From Chloroflexota bacterium (lineage in GTDB: Bacteria; Chloroflexota; Anaerolineae; B4-G1; SLSP01): 24,000 bases of DNA. The notes beneath the pieces are model-generated. The model did no database searches. It saw nothing but the letters and a program-made list of their open reading frames with translations, and was not told the DNA's origin. The stretch's first letter is position 1. Each line of letters starts with the position of its first letter. The position numbers and the translations under genes are program-made. Positions 1 through 8,943 of this stretch are shown here, one piece after another. Location: positions 1 to 24,000 of the forward strand of contig JAIOAX010000050.1 of the NCBI GenBank assembly GCA_019873645.1, read 5' to 3'.

Positions 1-160
1 ATGGTGTTAACGTACTCCCTACACCATCGTTAGTATTTTGCGGCCCGCGCTCAGTTTTAGCTATTCAATTTCTTAAGGTTCTGCGACTTGACAAAACTTA
101 GAACATCTCTGCGGTGAGATTTTTAGTTTTTTCAGTAGACTCATGATTGAGCAATGAGGA

Positions 161-1444
161 ATGATGCGCAACGCCAACTATAACCTTGATGTGTACCCCA
201 AAATCGTGCGGGCCGGAAAGGAAACGACGCTCACCGTCCGACCGTTGTACGATCACGTCCGCGCGGTCGCCGCTGTGTCGGAGGTGACGCTTTATCCTGC
301 AGAAGGTGGACCGGCGCAGACTGCGCAAACGCCGCCGCTCACACTCACGCCGACGGTTGTGGATGACGGCATACAAGTACGTTATCTTTTCGAGCGTGAG
401 CAGGAATACATCCTGTTGTTCGGAAACCGTGAGAAACCTCTGGCCGAAACGCACCTTTACGCGCTGGACGATGATCTGTTCACACGCCGTCCCTACAAGG
501 GCGACCTGCACATTCACAGTTGCCGCTCAGACGGCAAAGAATCGCCGGCCTATGTTGCCGGCGCCGGACGCCGCATCGGCCTGGACTTCATGGCGATCAC
601 CGATCATCACCAATACGCCCCGTCTCTGGAAGCCAGCCGCGCCTTTGAAAATGTCCCCATTGACCTGCACCTTTATCCCGGTGAGGAGGTCCACCCGCCG
701 GACAATCCCGTTCACATCATCAACTTCGGTGGCAATTTCAGTGTGAACGGGCTGTTCAAAAGTGAGCTTTATCGGCGCGAAGTCCAGGCTCTGGCCGAAA
801 AGTTTACTGACTTTCCGCCGGATATGGGGCGCTACACGTATGCCTCGTGCGTCTGGTGCTTTGACAAAATCCGGGAAGGCGGGGGGCTGGCTGTATTTTG
901 CCACCCCTACTGGTATACGCACCATCGCTACGATGTACCCGAGGCGTTGACCACGCTGCTGCTTGACCGTCAACCCTACGACGCGCTGGAACTCATCGGC
1001 GGGTATCATCCGCATGAGTTTGAATCGAACATGCTGCAAGTAGCACGCTATCACGATGAACGCGCACGCGGCAAACGCATCCCCATCGTCGGAGTGAGTG
1101 ATGCGCATGGCTGCGAGACCGGTGAGTTATTCGGCTGGTACTACACCATCGTTTTTGCCCCGTCGCCGGAGCTGCCCGATCTCGTTGAGAGCGTGAAAAC
1201 ATTGTACTCCGTCGCCGTGGAGGCGCTGCCGGGCCAGACGCCGCGCGCCCATGGCCCGTTTCGCCTTGTCAAGTATGCACAATACCTGTTGCGCGAAATC
1301 TTTCCTGTGCACGATGCGCTCTGTGTCGAAGAAGGACGGCTGATGCTGGCGCACATTGCCGGCGACGCCAACGCCCTCGAATGGCTGCGTGCGTATCAAG
1401 GCCGTACCGCCGCCCTTTACGACCATCTTTGGGCTACCGCATAG
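161..1444 (+). CDS. PHP-domain metal-dependent phosphoesterase (CehA/McbA-like) with ~110-aa N-terminal extension
   Basis: 427-aa ORF. PHP His/Asp motifs GDLHIHSCRSDG, MAITDHH, PGEEVH, VSDAHG. GAGG lies just upstream of tandem ATGs at 161/164, so the start is ambiguous by one codon. Confidence 0.75.
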   Translation: MMRNANYNLDVYPKIVRAGKETTLTVRPLYDHVRAVAAVSEVTLYPAEGGPAQTAQTPPLTLTPTVVDDGIQVRYLFEREQEYILLFGNREKPLAETHLYALDDDLFTRRPYKGDLHIHSCRSDGKESPAYVAGAGRRIGLDFMAITDHHQYAPSLEASRAFENVPIDLHLYPGEEVHPPDNPVHIINFGGNFSVNGLFKSELYRREVQALAEKFTDFPPDMGRYTYASCVWCFDKIREGGGLAVFCHPYWYTHHRYDVPEALTTLLLDRQPYDALELIGGYHPHEFESNMLQVARYHDERARGKRIPIVGVSDAHGCETGELFGWYYTIVFAPSPELPDLVESVKTLYSVAVEALPGQTPRAHGPFRLVKYAQYLLREIFPVHDALCVEEGRLMLAHIAGDANALEWLRAYQGRTAALYDHLWATA

Positions 1445-1535
1445 GCGCCCCCATTTGCACGCGCCGTAAATTGTGTCAAAATGCCCCTGGAGTTCCGACT
1501 TTAGTGACATCGAGCGACCCAGGAACAGATGACTT

Positions 1536-3560
1536 ATGAAAACACGCCTGGCTCTTCTTCTGAGTATCCTGGCCTCATTGCTCTGTGTGTTAGGGCTGCC
1601 CCTGTGGAGTGTGCGCTATGCCCTGTTTATGCCGGAGTTTTACCGCCGCTGGTTGCGGGAAAGTGACTTTGTCGCACAGGTGAGCCTGGCCCTGGCAAAC
1701 GACCTGCCGCGACGCATCCCCGAAGCGACGTGGCCGGCGTGGCTCCCCCGCGCACCGGAACAGTTGCGGTCGCTTTTCGACTACGTGCTGGTACCCTCAG
1801 AAGTCGAAGCGTTAGGGGAACGGGTGGGACCATCATGGGCGGCATGGCTGCTTGGCGAAGCGCCGTCGCCGGAACGGGTGACGCCGGAGATGGCGCGCCA
1901 GCTTTCCGGCGACCGAGGCGAGAATATCCGCGCCTTTCTGTGGCGCGCTTTGCCGTCTTGTGAGGCAGCCACGCCGCCGGCCTGCCTTCCCGCCGATCCC
2001 GGTGCGCATGCCGCCGTGGGACGGCAACAGCAGGCGTGGTGGAGCGGCTTTACCGGTGACTTCATCGCCATGGGTGAAGCTGCCGAAGCGCGGCTCATTG
2101 CGGCATGGCAGGCGCCGGGCTGGCTACGGTGGGTATGGTATGCGCCGCTTCTGGCGTTCATCCTGGCGCTCATCGCCACAGCGTTGATGCCCGACCGCAG
2201 ACGCTGGGTGTGTATGAGCGTGCCGTTGCTCACGACCGGCCTGTTTGTTGGCAGCATCGGTGGACTGGCGTGGCTGGATCGAATCGCGCCGCCGGATATT
2301 CGTGCGCTGACCGGCATCCCGTTTTCAATGGGGACGCTGACGGTGTTTGCCTCGCTGTGGCATGCGCTGATGCGCATCCTGGGGCCGTTGTGGCTGATGG
2401 GCGGCGCGGTGTCGCTGGCTCTGGGGTTGCTCTGGTTGACACTGACTTTTGAGCATCGGAGCAGCAAAGGAATCGTCGTGGCGCTGGCGTTGTTGACGCT
2501 GTGGGGCGGGGTACAGTTTTATCCAGGTTCGCTGTTGACGCCTGTAGCGACGCTTCCTCCACCGACGACTGAACCTACGCCGACGCCGTGGCCCACCTTC
2601 ACCAGCACGCCGACGTTGACGCCAACGCCGCATTACTGGCCTGTGTCGCCCGGCACACCCGCGCCGACGCCTTCCGGCCCGTTCACGAGCGAGGCGCAAC
2701 TTCTCGGTTGTATTCATGGGAAAGGCAAGCCGCTTCTCGCATTGCGTCTGGCGGACGATGAAATTCAGGCTTTGAGCGCCAATGTCACACTGCGCTATCG
2801 TTACCCGGCGCTTAATCCCTTGCCACAGGTGACGCATCCGCTAACCTTCACGGCGTTCGCGTTGACAGATGACGGAACGGAGATCGCCGTGGCGCAGGAA
2901 CGCAACCTGTACCTTTACACCTTCCCGTCGTGGTCGCGGACGTTGCGCAGCCGTATTGCGACCTTTGCGCCGATTCGGACGCTGGCCTATGCCGTCGGAC
3001 GCACACAACTGGTGCTGGGATTGGAGAACGGCTATTTGTGGGTCATCAACCCGGCAAACGGGGCCATCGTGTGGCTTCTCAAGGCCGGCGATAGCGCGGT
3101 GACGGCGCTGGCCGCGCATCCAACGCAGCCACTTGTGTTGGCCGGCATGGCTGATGGGCGCGTGTTGCTGTGGGACATGGCAAACGGTGCACAAGTCGCC
3201 GTCCTGGAAGGGCATACGGCCGCCGTGCAGTTCCTGGTCTTTGCGCCATCTGGCGACCGCGCGCTCTCGGTAGATGCGGTCGGGCAGTGGATGGTATGGG
3301 ATGTCGCGCAGCGGAACGTGGTGCGGCAGCGCACGCCGACGTTGACCGGCGCACTGTCCACGTTGACGTGGACGGAAGGTTTCATCCTCGGCGGTACAAC
3401 GGCCGGCGAATTGCTTTTTGCGGACGAAGACCTGACCTTCCAGCGCCTGCCGGTTGCCCAAAACGCCATCACCGCCGTTCACCTGGACGCCGCCGGCGCG
3501 GCCCTCATCGCTGCCGCCGACGGCACAATCTGCATCTGGGGAGTCCTCCATGTTCCCTGA
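1536..3560 (+). CDS. Polytopic membrane protein with Pro/Thr-rich linker and C-terminal WD40-type beta-propeller
   Basis: 674-aa ORF. N-terminal hydrophobic segment LALLLSILASLLCVLGL plus several TM-like stretches. Linker PPPTTEPTPTPWPTFTSTPTLTPTP. WD-like repeats such as GMADGRVLLWDMANG...LEGHTAAVQFLVFAPSGDRALS...WMVWDV. Confidence 0.75.
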   Translation: MKTRLALLLSILASLLCVLGLPLWSVRYALFMPEFYRRWLRESDFVAQVSLALANDLPRRIPEATWPAWLPRAPEQLRSLFDYVLVPSEVEALGERVGPSWAAWLLGEAPSPERVTPEMARQLSGDRGENIRAFLWRALPSCEAATPPACLPADPGAHAAVGRQQQAWWSGFTGDFIAMGEAAEARLIAAWQAPGWLRWVWYAPLLAFILALIATALMPDRRRWVCMSVPLLTTGLFVGSIGGLAWLDRIAPPDIRALTGIPFSMGTLTVFASLWHALMRILGPLWLMGGAVSLALGLLWLTLTFEHRSSKGIVVALALLTLWGGVQFYPGSLLTPVATLPPPTTEPTPTPWPTFTSTPTLTPTPHYWPVSPGTPAPTPSGPFTSEAQLLGCIHGKGKPLLALRLADDEIQALSANVTLRYRYPALNPLPQVTHPLTFTAFALTDDGTEIAVAQERNLYLYTFPSWSRTLRSRIATFAPIRTLAYAVGRTQLVLGLENGYLWVINPANGAIVWLLKAGDSAVTALAAHPTQPLVLAGMADGRVLLWDMANGAQVAVLEGHTAAVQFLVFAPSGDRALSVDAVGQWMVWDVAQRNVVRQRTPTLTGALSTLTWTEGFILGGTTAGELLFADEDLTFQRLPVAQNAITAVHLDAAGAALIAAADGTICIWGVLHVP

Positions 3561-3634
3561 TCCCTACTTCCCAATCCCCAATCCCTACTCCCCAATCCCT
3601 AATCCCTGATTACTTGTTACTCATTACTTTTCAC
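3561..3634 (+). repeat. Degenerate heptamer array (7x TCCCNAN-like then ~3.5x TTACTNN), G-poor on + strand
   Basis: Read directly: tccctac ttcccaa tccccaa tccctac tccccaa tccctaa tccctga ttacttg ttactca ttacttt tcac. Only 2 G in 74 nt. It starts at the base after the stop codon of the upstream gene and ends 9 nt before the sbcD ATG. Confidence 0.9.
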
Positions 3635-3643
3635 TGAGGCTCT

Positions 3644-4885
3644 ATGACCAATCCTATCCGTATCCTGCACTTCGCCGATTTGCACATCGGCATGGAAAAC
3701 TATGGACGCCTGGACCCGGAGTCGGGCCTGAACCAGCGCGTGAAGGATTTTCTCGCGCGCCTGGATATGGTTGTTGAGTACGCCATCGCGCATGAGGCCG
3801 ACATGGTGCTCTTTGCGGGCGATGCCTTCCGCACACGCAGCCCGAATCCCACCCACCAGCGCGAGTTCGCGCAACGCATCCGGCGTTTGTCACAGGCGGC
3901 GATCCCAACCGTCCTGCTTGTGGGCAACCACGATGTTCCGGTGATGGAACAGCGCGCCTCGAGCGTCGAAATCTTTGCCACCCTTGCCGTTCCCTACGTC
4001 ACCGTTGCGGCGCGCCCGGAGCTGCTGCGCATAGACACGCGCCGCGGGCCGCTCCAGCTTGCGGTGATTCCTTACCCTGTCCGCCAGCGTCTGCTCAGCC
4101 GCGAACAGTTCCGGCAAATGAGCCAGGAAGCGTTGGATCGCGCCGTGAGTGAGGTTGTGGTGCGCCTGATTCAGCAGTTTGCGGAGCGACTTGATCCCGC
4201 TATCCCGGCAGTGCTGGCCGGACACTTCTCGGTTGAAAACGCGCATTGGGGATCGGAGCGCAATATTATGGTGGGCCGGGATGTGGCAATCCCGCTCTCG
4301 GCGCTGACCGATGCCGTCTGGGATTACGTCGCGCTCGGACACATCCATCAGCACCAAAATCTTAATCCGACGAACGATCCACCGGTGGTGTATGCCGGCA
4401 GCCTGGAGCGGGTGGATTTCGGCGAGGAGAAACAACCCAAGGGCTTCTGTTGGGTCGAAGTGCAGCCTGAAATGACCGTGTGGCGCTACGTGGAAACGCC
4501 GGCGCGCCCTTTTGTGACCATTCGGGTAGACGTGCGGCGGGACTCGCAACCCTTGCGGACCATCGAGCGGGCGCTGGCTTCGCATACGCTCTCTGAGGCA
4601 GTTGTGCGGCTAGTCGTGCAGATGCTGCCAGAGCAGGAGTCGTACCTGCGAGAGGCCGATCTAACGCCTTTGCTGACGGAGGCGTTTTTTGCGCAGCTCA
4701 ACCGCGAGGTGGATCGCGCCGCCCGTGATCGCCTCAGCGGCCTGGAGCCAGACGCACTGACTCCTCTGCACCTGTTGGAACGTTATCTGCAATCCAAAGG
4801 CAAGCTGGACGAAGAATTGCCGCCTTACCTGGCAGAGGCGCAAGCCATCTTTGCGGATGAGGACGCTGTTACCACGGATGATTGA
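3644..4885 (+). CDS. sbcD: SbcD/Mre11-family DNA repair exonuclease (calcineurin-like phosphoesterase)
   Basis: 413-aa ORF. Motifs ILHFADLHIG, LFAGDAFRTRSPNP, LLVGNHDVP, AGHFSV, LGHIHQHQ in the canonical SbcD/Mre11 order. GAGG 4 nt upstream of the ATG. Confidence 0.85.
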   Translation: MTNPIRILHFADLHIGMENYGRLDPESGLNQRVKDFLARLDMVVEYAIAHEADMVLFAGDAFRTRSPNPTHQREFAQRIRRLSQAAIPTVLLVGNHDVPVMEQRASSVEIFATLAVPYVTVAARPELLRIDTRRGPLQLAVIPYPVRQRLLSREQFRQMSQEALDRAVSEVVVRLIQQFAERLDPAIPAVLAGHFSVENAHWGSERNIMVGRDVAIPLSALTDAVWDYVALGHIHQHQNLNPTNDPPVVYAGSLERVDFGEEKQPKGFCWVEVQPEMTVWRYVETPARPFVTIRVDVRRDSQPLRTIERALASHTLSEAVVRLVVQMLPEQESYLREADLTPLLTEAFFAQLNREVDRAARDRLSGLEPDALTPLHLLERYLQSKGKLDEELPPYLAEAQAIFADEDAVTTDD

Positions 4886-4888
4886 GGC

Positions 4889-4916
4889 TTGACAAATCTC
4901 CGAAATCCTCTATAGT
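4889..4916 (+). promoter_or_regulatory. Sigma70-type promoter TTGACA-16 nt-TATAGT for the transglycosylase gene
   Basis: TTGACA at 4889-4894 and TATAGT at 4911-4916. It lies inside the 5' part of the tracked ORF 4882..6534, which argues for the downstream GTG start. Confidence 0.55.
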
Positions 4917-4968
4917 CAGAAATAAGGTTCATTCTAAAGGGGTCAACAATCAATCAACGGGAGAGCGT

Positions 4969-6534
4969 GTGCTAACGAAACCCTTCCATAGAGCGATGTC
5001 GGCGCTCGTGGTGCTGGGGCTGCTGACAGGTGTGGTCGCCGGACATGTAGGGGCTTCGCACTTCCCAGATTCCTCCACGCAGTCCTCTGGAACGTCCACC
5101 CTGTCGCCTTATTGGAGCCGCAAAATCCTGCGCTGGGAAAGCCTCATTGTGCAAGAGGCCAACCGGCGCGGCCTGGATCCTGACTTGATCGCCTCTCTGG
5201 TGTGGATGGAGTCGCGCGGCGATGCAACCGCCATTGGGCCAGTTGGCTCAGTGGGATTGATGCAGGTCATGCCGAAGGAGGAAGGGTTTTCCTGGCGGCC
5301 TTCCAAACAGGCGCTCCTTGATCCCAGCCTCAACCTCTTTTGGGGCACGCGCACCCTGTCCATTATCATCCAACAGGGCAATGGCGACATCTTCAACTCG
5401 CTCGCGGCTTACAACGCCGGCTGGGAGCAAATTGATTACCGCCGTCCGCGTTACTTTGCCACCACCATCTTGCGTGATTATGTGAGTGCCGTTGCCATGC
5501 GCTGTGGGATCAGCGGACGTTGGGTGGCCTACTTCGCCGTCAAAAGTTATCAAATTCGCGGGCCGATTTGGATCGCCGATTCCGCCCGTCAGGATGTTTA
5601 CTTCTTCGGCCAGGCCAACATAATGCCCGAAGGGACGCCTCTGATCCCTGATGTCGCACCGGCTACGGTTGTGGCGCGTTTTGAGTCGGAAGATACGGGC
5701 GACCGCCACGAAGTGGGCCTCTGGCTCTACGATACCACGCGCCAGGCATGGGATAGTTGTGCGGCTAAGACGGCCACCGTCACGCCGACATTCACCGTGA
5801 CGGCGACACCGGCGCGCACTTCTGCGTCGACACCCACGCCGTCGTCTTTACCTTCTGCAACGCTGATTGCAGCGCCGGTTATGCCATCGCCGACCTCTAC
5901 ACCGACTGTTGCACCGCTTTTTACCGCGATGCCGGGCGCGGGTGAAACCGGTGTGGATGCAGTTGTGCTCGATAACGGTGCCGATTTGCGCCCGGGCGCC
6001 ACGCGCTGGTGGGACCCTACGACGACTTTAGCCCCGGGCACTGCCTTGCGTTTGCTCGGTTATGACCCCGCTATACCGGAGTGGGTGTACGTCGGCACGC
6101 TTGACCGGACCGTGGAGGGGTGGACGCAGATCGTCAATCTTAAGTTGTTGCGCCCGTTGCAGGGCCTGCCGCAGATGACGCCTATCCCTACGCTGACGCC
6201 GACAACCACCGCTACGCCGACGCCGACGGCCACGCCGACCGTCGCCTGTACCGGCGAATCTTTGTGGGCTGAGGCCTGGCCGATCCGCAAACTGAACACC
6301 GTGGATGGCTGGATGGCGGTCATTTACGCCAGGGGGCATGGCGGCAATTGCGTGTATACTTATGCCTGGAACGAAGAGGAGAATGTCGTGGGTGGGCCAA
6401 CGTTAGAGGGCTATCTCTTTGAGGTTCACTCCTCGGATCGCGCCGGCAACATTGTCGGGACGGTTCTGGTGATGTCGGGAAACGAGATCGTGCGCGTAGG
6501 CGTGTATATTAAGCCGCCGGATAGTGGCGAGTAA
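4969..6534 (+). CDS. Secreted or membrane-anchored lytic transglycosylase (SLT domain) with PT-rich linkers and C-terminal domains of unknown function
   Basis: SLT motifs LVWMESRGD...GSVGLMQVMP...AAYNAGW. Start moved to GTG 4969, preceded by GGGAGAG and followed by the signal/TM segment MSALVVLGLLTGVVAG. Linkers TATVTPTFTVTATPARTSASTPTPSS and TPIPTLTPTTTATPTPTATPT. Confidence 0.8.
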   Translation: MLTKPFHRAMSALVVLGLLTGVVAGHVGASHFPDSSTQSSGTSTLSPYWSRKILRWESLIVQEANRRGLDPDLIASLVWMESRGDATAIGPVGSVGLMQVMPKEEGFSWRPSKQALLDPSLNLFWGTRTLSIIIQQGNGDIFNSLAAYNAGWEQIDYRRPRYFATTILRDYVSAVAMRCGISGRWVAYFAVKSYQIRGPIWIADSARQDVYFFGQANIMPEGTPLIPDVAPATVVARFESEDTGDRHEVGLWLYDTTRQAWDSCAAKTATVTPTFTVTATPARTSASTPTPSSLPSATLIAAPVMPSPTSTPTVAPLFTAMPGAGETGVDAVVLDNGADLRPGATRWWDPTTTLAPGTALRLLGYDPAIPEWVYVGTLDRTVEGWTQIVNLKLLRPLQGLPQMTPIPTLTPTTTATPTPTATPTVACTGESLWAEAWPIRKLNTVDGWMAVIYARGHGGNCVYTYAWNEEENVVGGPTLEGYLFEVHSSDRAGNIVGTVLVMSGNEIVRVGVYIKPPDSGE

Positions 6535-6560
6535 GTCCGGCGTCCGCCTATCGTTACCTC

Positions 6561-6592
6561 GGCCAGGGTGAACCCATCCTGGCCTTTGTTTT
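6561..6592 (+). terminator. Rho-independent terminator
   Basis: GGCCAGG (6561-6567), 10-nt loop, CCTGGCC (6578-6584), then TTTGTTTT. It sits 27 nt after the stop of the transglycosylase gene. Confidence 0.65.
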
Positions 6593-6603
6593 GGGTGAAG
6601 CGA

Positions 6604-7878
6604 ATGGGTACTCAAAAATGTGACCTGTTAGTTCATTCTGCCGCTCAACTCTGTGTCATCCCGCCCCAGGAGGGCGGCCCGCAGCGCGGCGCGCGTCTGG
6701 GAGACCTGGGCCTGATTGAAGACGGCGCGGTCGCCATTGCGGCGGGCCGGGTGGTCGCCGTCGGGCCGAGCCGCGAGGTACGCCCGCATTTTGACGCCAC
6801 GCGCGAGATTGACGCGCGCGGCAAGGTCGTGTGTCCCGGTTTCGTGGACCCGCACACGCATCTGGTATGGATGGGCGACCGCGCGGCGGAGTTCGAGCAG
6901 CGCATCGCCGGCGCGACGTATATGGAGATTATGGCGGCCGGCGGCGGGATTATGTCCACCGTCCGCGCCACACGGGATGCCTCTGTGGATGAGCTGGTTG
7001 CGGCGATGCGCCCCCGCCTGGATCGCATGCTTGCGCACGGCACGACAACCGTGGAGGTAAAAACGGGCTACGGCCTGGAAACTGCGGCGGAACTGCGCCA
7101 GTTGGAGGCGATTGTCGCGCTCGACCGAATACACCCGGTGACGCTGGTACCAACTTTCCTGGGTGCGCATGCCGTCCCCACCGAATACCGGGATTGTCCC
7201 GCCGCTTACGTGGATGGGGTGATTCACGAAATGCTGCCCGCCGTGGCCGACAAATCACGGGCGTTGGGACTGCCGCGCCTGCCATTCTGCGATGTTTTCT
7301 GTGAAGATGGCGCGTTTGACCTGGCGCAGAGCCGCCGCATCCTTGAGGCGGCGCGAGCGTTGGGTTTCCCGCTGAAAATCCACGTGGACGAGTTTGCCAC
7401 GCTCGGCGGGGCGCGGCTGGCCGTGGAACTGGGGGCGACCTCGGCGGATCACCTGGTCACGACGCCACCGGAGGACATTGCCGCGCTTGGTGCTTCACAA
7501 ACGATGGCAGTCTCGCTGCCGTGTACGCCTTTTGGCCTGGGGTATACCGCCTATACCCCTGCCCGTGCGTTACTGGAGGCGGGCGCAGCCCTGGCGCTGG
7601 CGACCGATTGCAACCCCGGCACAGCCTGGAATGAATCCATGTCTTTTGTCATTGCTCTGGCATGCCGTTACCTGCGGATCACGCCAGCGCAGGCGCTCGT
7701 TGCCGCGACGCTGAATGCTGCGTTCGCCATTGGCCTGGGGGAGCGGGTGGGAAGCCTCGCGCCCGGCTATGCGGGCGACCTGCTGCTCCTCGACGTCCCC
7801 GACTATCGGCATCTGGGGTATCGCTTTGGGGTGAATCCGGTGGCGCTGGTTGTTAAAGATGGAAAAGTTGTTGTCTGA
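6604..7878 (+). CDS. hutI: Imidazolonepropionase (amidohydrolase superfamily)
   Basis: Motifs GFVDPHTHLVWMGDRAAEFEQRIAGATYMEIMAAGGGIMSTVRATR, KIHVDEF, SADHL, ATDCNPG. Start placed at ATG 6604 because the tracked start at 6568 lies in the terminator loop. Confidence 0.85.
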   Translation: MGTQKCDLLVHSAAQLCVIPPQEGGPQRGARLGDLGLIEDGAVAIAAGRVVAVGPSREVRPHFDATREIDARGKVVCPGFVDPHTHLVWMGDRAAEFEQRIAGATYMEIMAAGGGIMSTVRATRDASVDELVAAMRPRLDRMLAHGTTTVEVKTGYGLETAAELRQLEAIVALDRIHPVTLVPTFLGAHAVPTEYRDCPAAYVDGVIHEMLPAVADKSRALGLPRLPFCDVFCEDGAFDLAQSRRILEAARALGFPLKIHVDEFATLGGARLAVELGATSADHLVTTPPEDIAALGASQTMAVSLPCTPFGLGYTAYTPARALLEAGAALALATDCNPGTAWNESMSFVIALACRYLRITPAQALVAATLNAAFAIGLGERVGSLAPGYAGDLLLLDVPDYRHLGYRFGVNPVALVVKDGKVVV

Positions 7879-8803
7879 AGCACTTCACACGCTGGTTGTT
7901 GAATCCGGCGGCGGACGCATTGACAGCTATATCGCCGAGGCGTTGCCGGCTTTGTCGCGCACGGCCGTTCAGCGTTTGATTGACGCCGGCGATGTGTTGG
8001 TGAACGGCGCGCCGACGCGCGCAGCGTACAAAGTGCGCGCTGGCGATGTCATCGCGGTGCGTATCCCTCCGCCGGAACCCACGACCTTGACGCCGGAGAC
8101 CTTGCCTCTGGACATCCTCTATGAGGATGCAGATATGCTCGTCATCAACAAAGCCGCCGGCATGGTGGTGCATCCGGGCGCGGGTAACTTTTCCGGCACG
8201 CTGGTCAACGCTTTGCTGGCCCACTGCACCGATTTGCAGGGCGTGGGCGGAGAACTGCGTCCCGGCATCGTCCATCGGTTGGACAAAGACACCTCCGGCG
8301 TGCTGGTCGTCGCCAAACACGACCGCGCCATACAGGCGTTGCAACGGCAGTTCAAGGCGCGCGAGGTGCGCAAAGTCTACCTCGCCTTGGTGATCGGCAA
8401 CATCGCGCCGCCTGAAGGGGTGATCGAAGCGCCCATCGGACGGCATCGCGTGCATCGTCAGCGCATGGCCGTTGTCGCCGAGGGCAAACCGGCGCGCACA
8501 CGCTGGCGGCTGCGGGGGCGTTATCACGATGCGCAAAATCGCGTTTACACATTACTGGACGTACTGCTGCTCACGGGCCGCACCCATCAGATTCGCGTCC
8601 ATTTTGCCTGGCTTGGCTATCCACTGGTGGGGGATACCATCTATGGTCCGGCGCACAGCCCGTTGCCCGCGCCACGTCAATTTCTCCATGCCCATACTTT
8701 GACTCTGGTACATCCAACGACCGGCGAGCAGATGACCTTCACTGCGCCCTTGCCAGAGGATTTGGCGCAGCTTCTGGCCTCTTTGACGCCGCTCCCGGCG
8801 TAG
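7859..8803 (+). CDS. rluD: RluA-family 23S rRNA pseudouridine synthase (RluD-like) with N-terminal S4 domain
   Basis: S4-like RIDSYIAEALP..SRTAVQRLIDAGDVLVNG. Catalytic motif HRLDKDTSGVLVVAKH, plus GRTHQIRVH. Start is either ATG 7859 or TTG 7850, and both overlap the hutI end. Confidence 0.85.
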   Translation: MEKLLSEALHTLVVESGGGRIDSYIAEALPALSRTAVQRLIDAGDVLVNGAPTRAAYKVRAGDVIAVRIPPPEPTTLTPETLPLDILYEDADMLVINKAAGMVVHPGAGNFSGTLVNALLAHCTDLQGVGGELRPGIVHRLDKDTSGVLVVAKHDRAIQALQRQFKAREVRKVYLALVIGNIAPPEGVIEAPIGRHRVHRQRMAVVAEGKPARTRWRLRGRYHDAQNRVYTLLDVLLLTGRTHQIRVHFAWLGYPLVGDTIYGPAHSPLPAPRQFLHAHTLTLVHPTTGEQMTFTAPLPEDLAQLLASLTPLPA

Positions 8804-8814
8804 GTTGTGAGAGT

Positions 8815-8887
8815 CAGCAGATTAAGCGGATTGAGCAGATTGTAGTTGGCGAGACGGAAAAATCTGCTTCATCTGCTTAATCTGCTG
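8815..8887. repeat. Long hairpin built from 9-nt units (CAGATTAAG/CGGATTGAG type)
   Basis: The 27-nt arms 8815-8841 and 8861-8887 are complementary at 24/27 positions by eye, with a 19-nt loop. Same unit family as 13977, 14616 and 19327. Confidence 0.85.
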
Positions 8888-8906
8888 ATTGAGACATCAC
8901 CCCCAT

Positions 8907-8935
8907 TTGACGATTAGGGCAAATTCAGGTATCCT
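8907..8935 (+). promoter_or_regulatory. Candidate promoter TTGACG-17 nt-TATCCT placing the TSS at or next to the tlyA ATG
   Basis: TTGACG at 8907-8912 and TATCCT at 8930-8935. The ATG at 8944 is 8 nt after the -10 element and no spaced SD is present. Confidence 0.35.
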
Positions 8936-8943
8936 TCAAGGCA

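Noticed and set aside
88-120. TTGACA upstream of the PHP gene as a promoter
   Set aside because: There is no acceptable -10 element at 16-19-nt spacing. The closest candidate is TGAGAT at 21 nt, so it is not supportable.
1781-3551. Long antisense or off-frame ORFs in the track (1781..2467 -, 2325..2837 -, 2841..3551 -, and similar ones such as 11874..12608 - and 7853..8536 -)
   Set aside because: They lie entirely within strongly supported genes on the other strand. Their translations are Arg/Ala/Pro/Gly-rich and low in complexity, and they have no SD or recognisable motifs. These are typical shadow ORFs of high-GC DNA.
3561-3609. Telomere-like CCCCAA/CCCTAA units as evidence of a linear replicon end
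   Set aside because: The array is internal and sits between two ordinary genes. It is degenerate and is mirrored by another internal array at 20033-20086.
4882-4968. Extended N-termini of tracked ORFs (4882 start of the transglycosylase, 6568 of hutI, 22153 of ABC-F, 15067 of the 154-aa ORF, 14524 of DUF4258)
   Set aside because: The extensions overlap a promoter or terminator, or lack an SD. Downstream starts have an SD or match conserved family N-termini.
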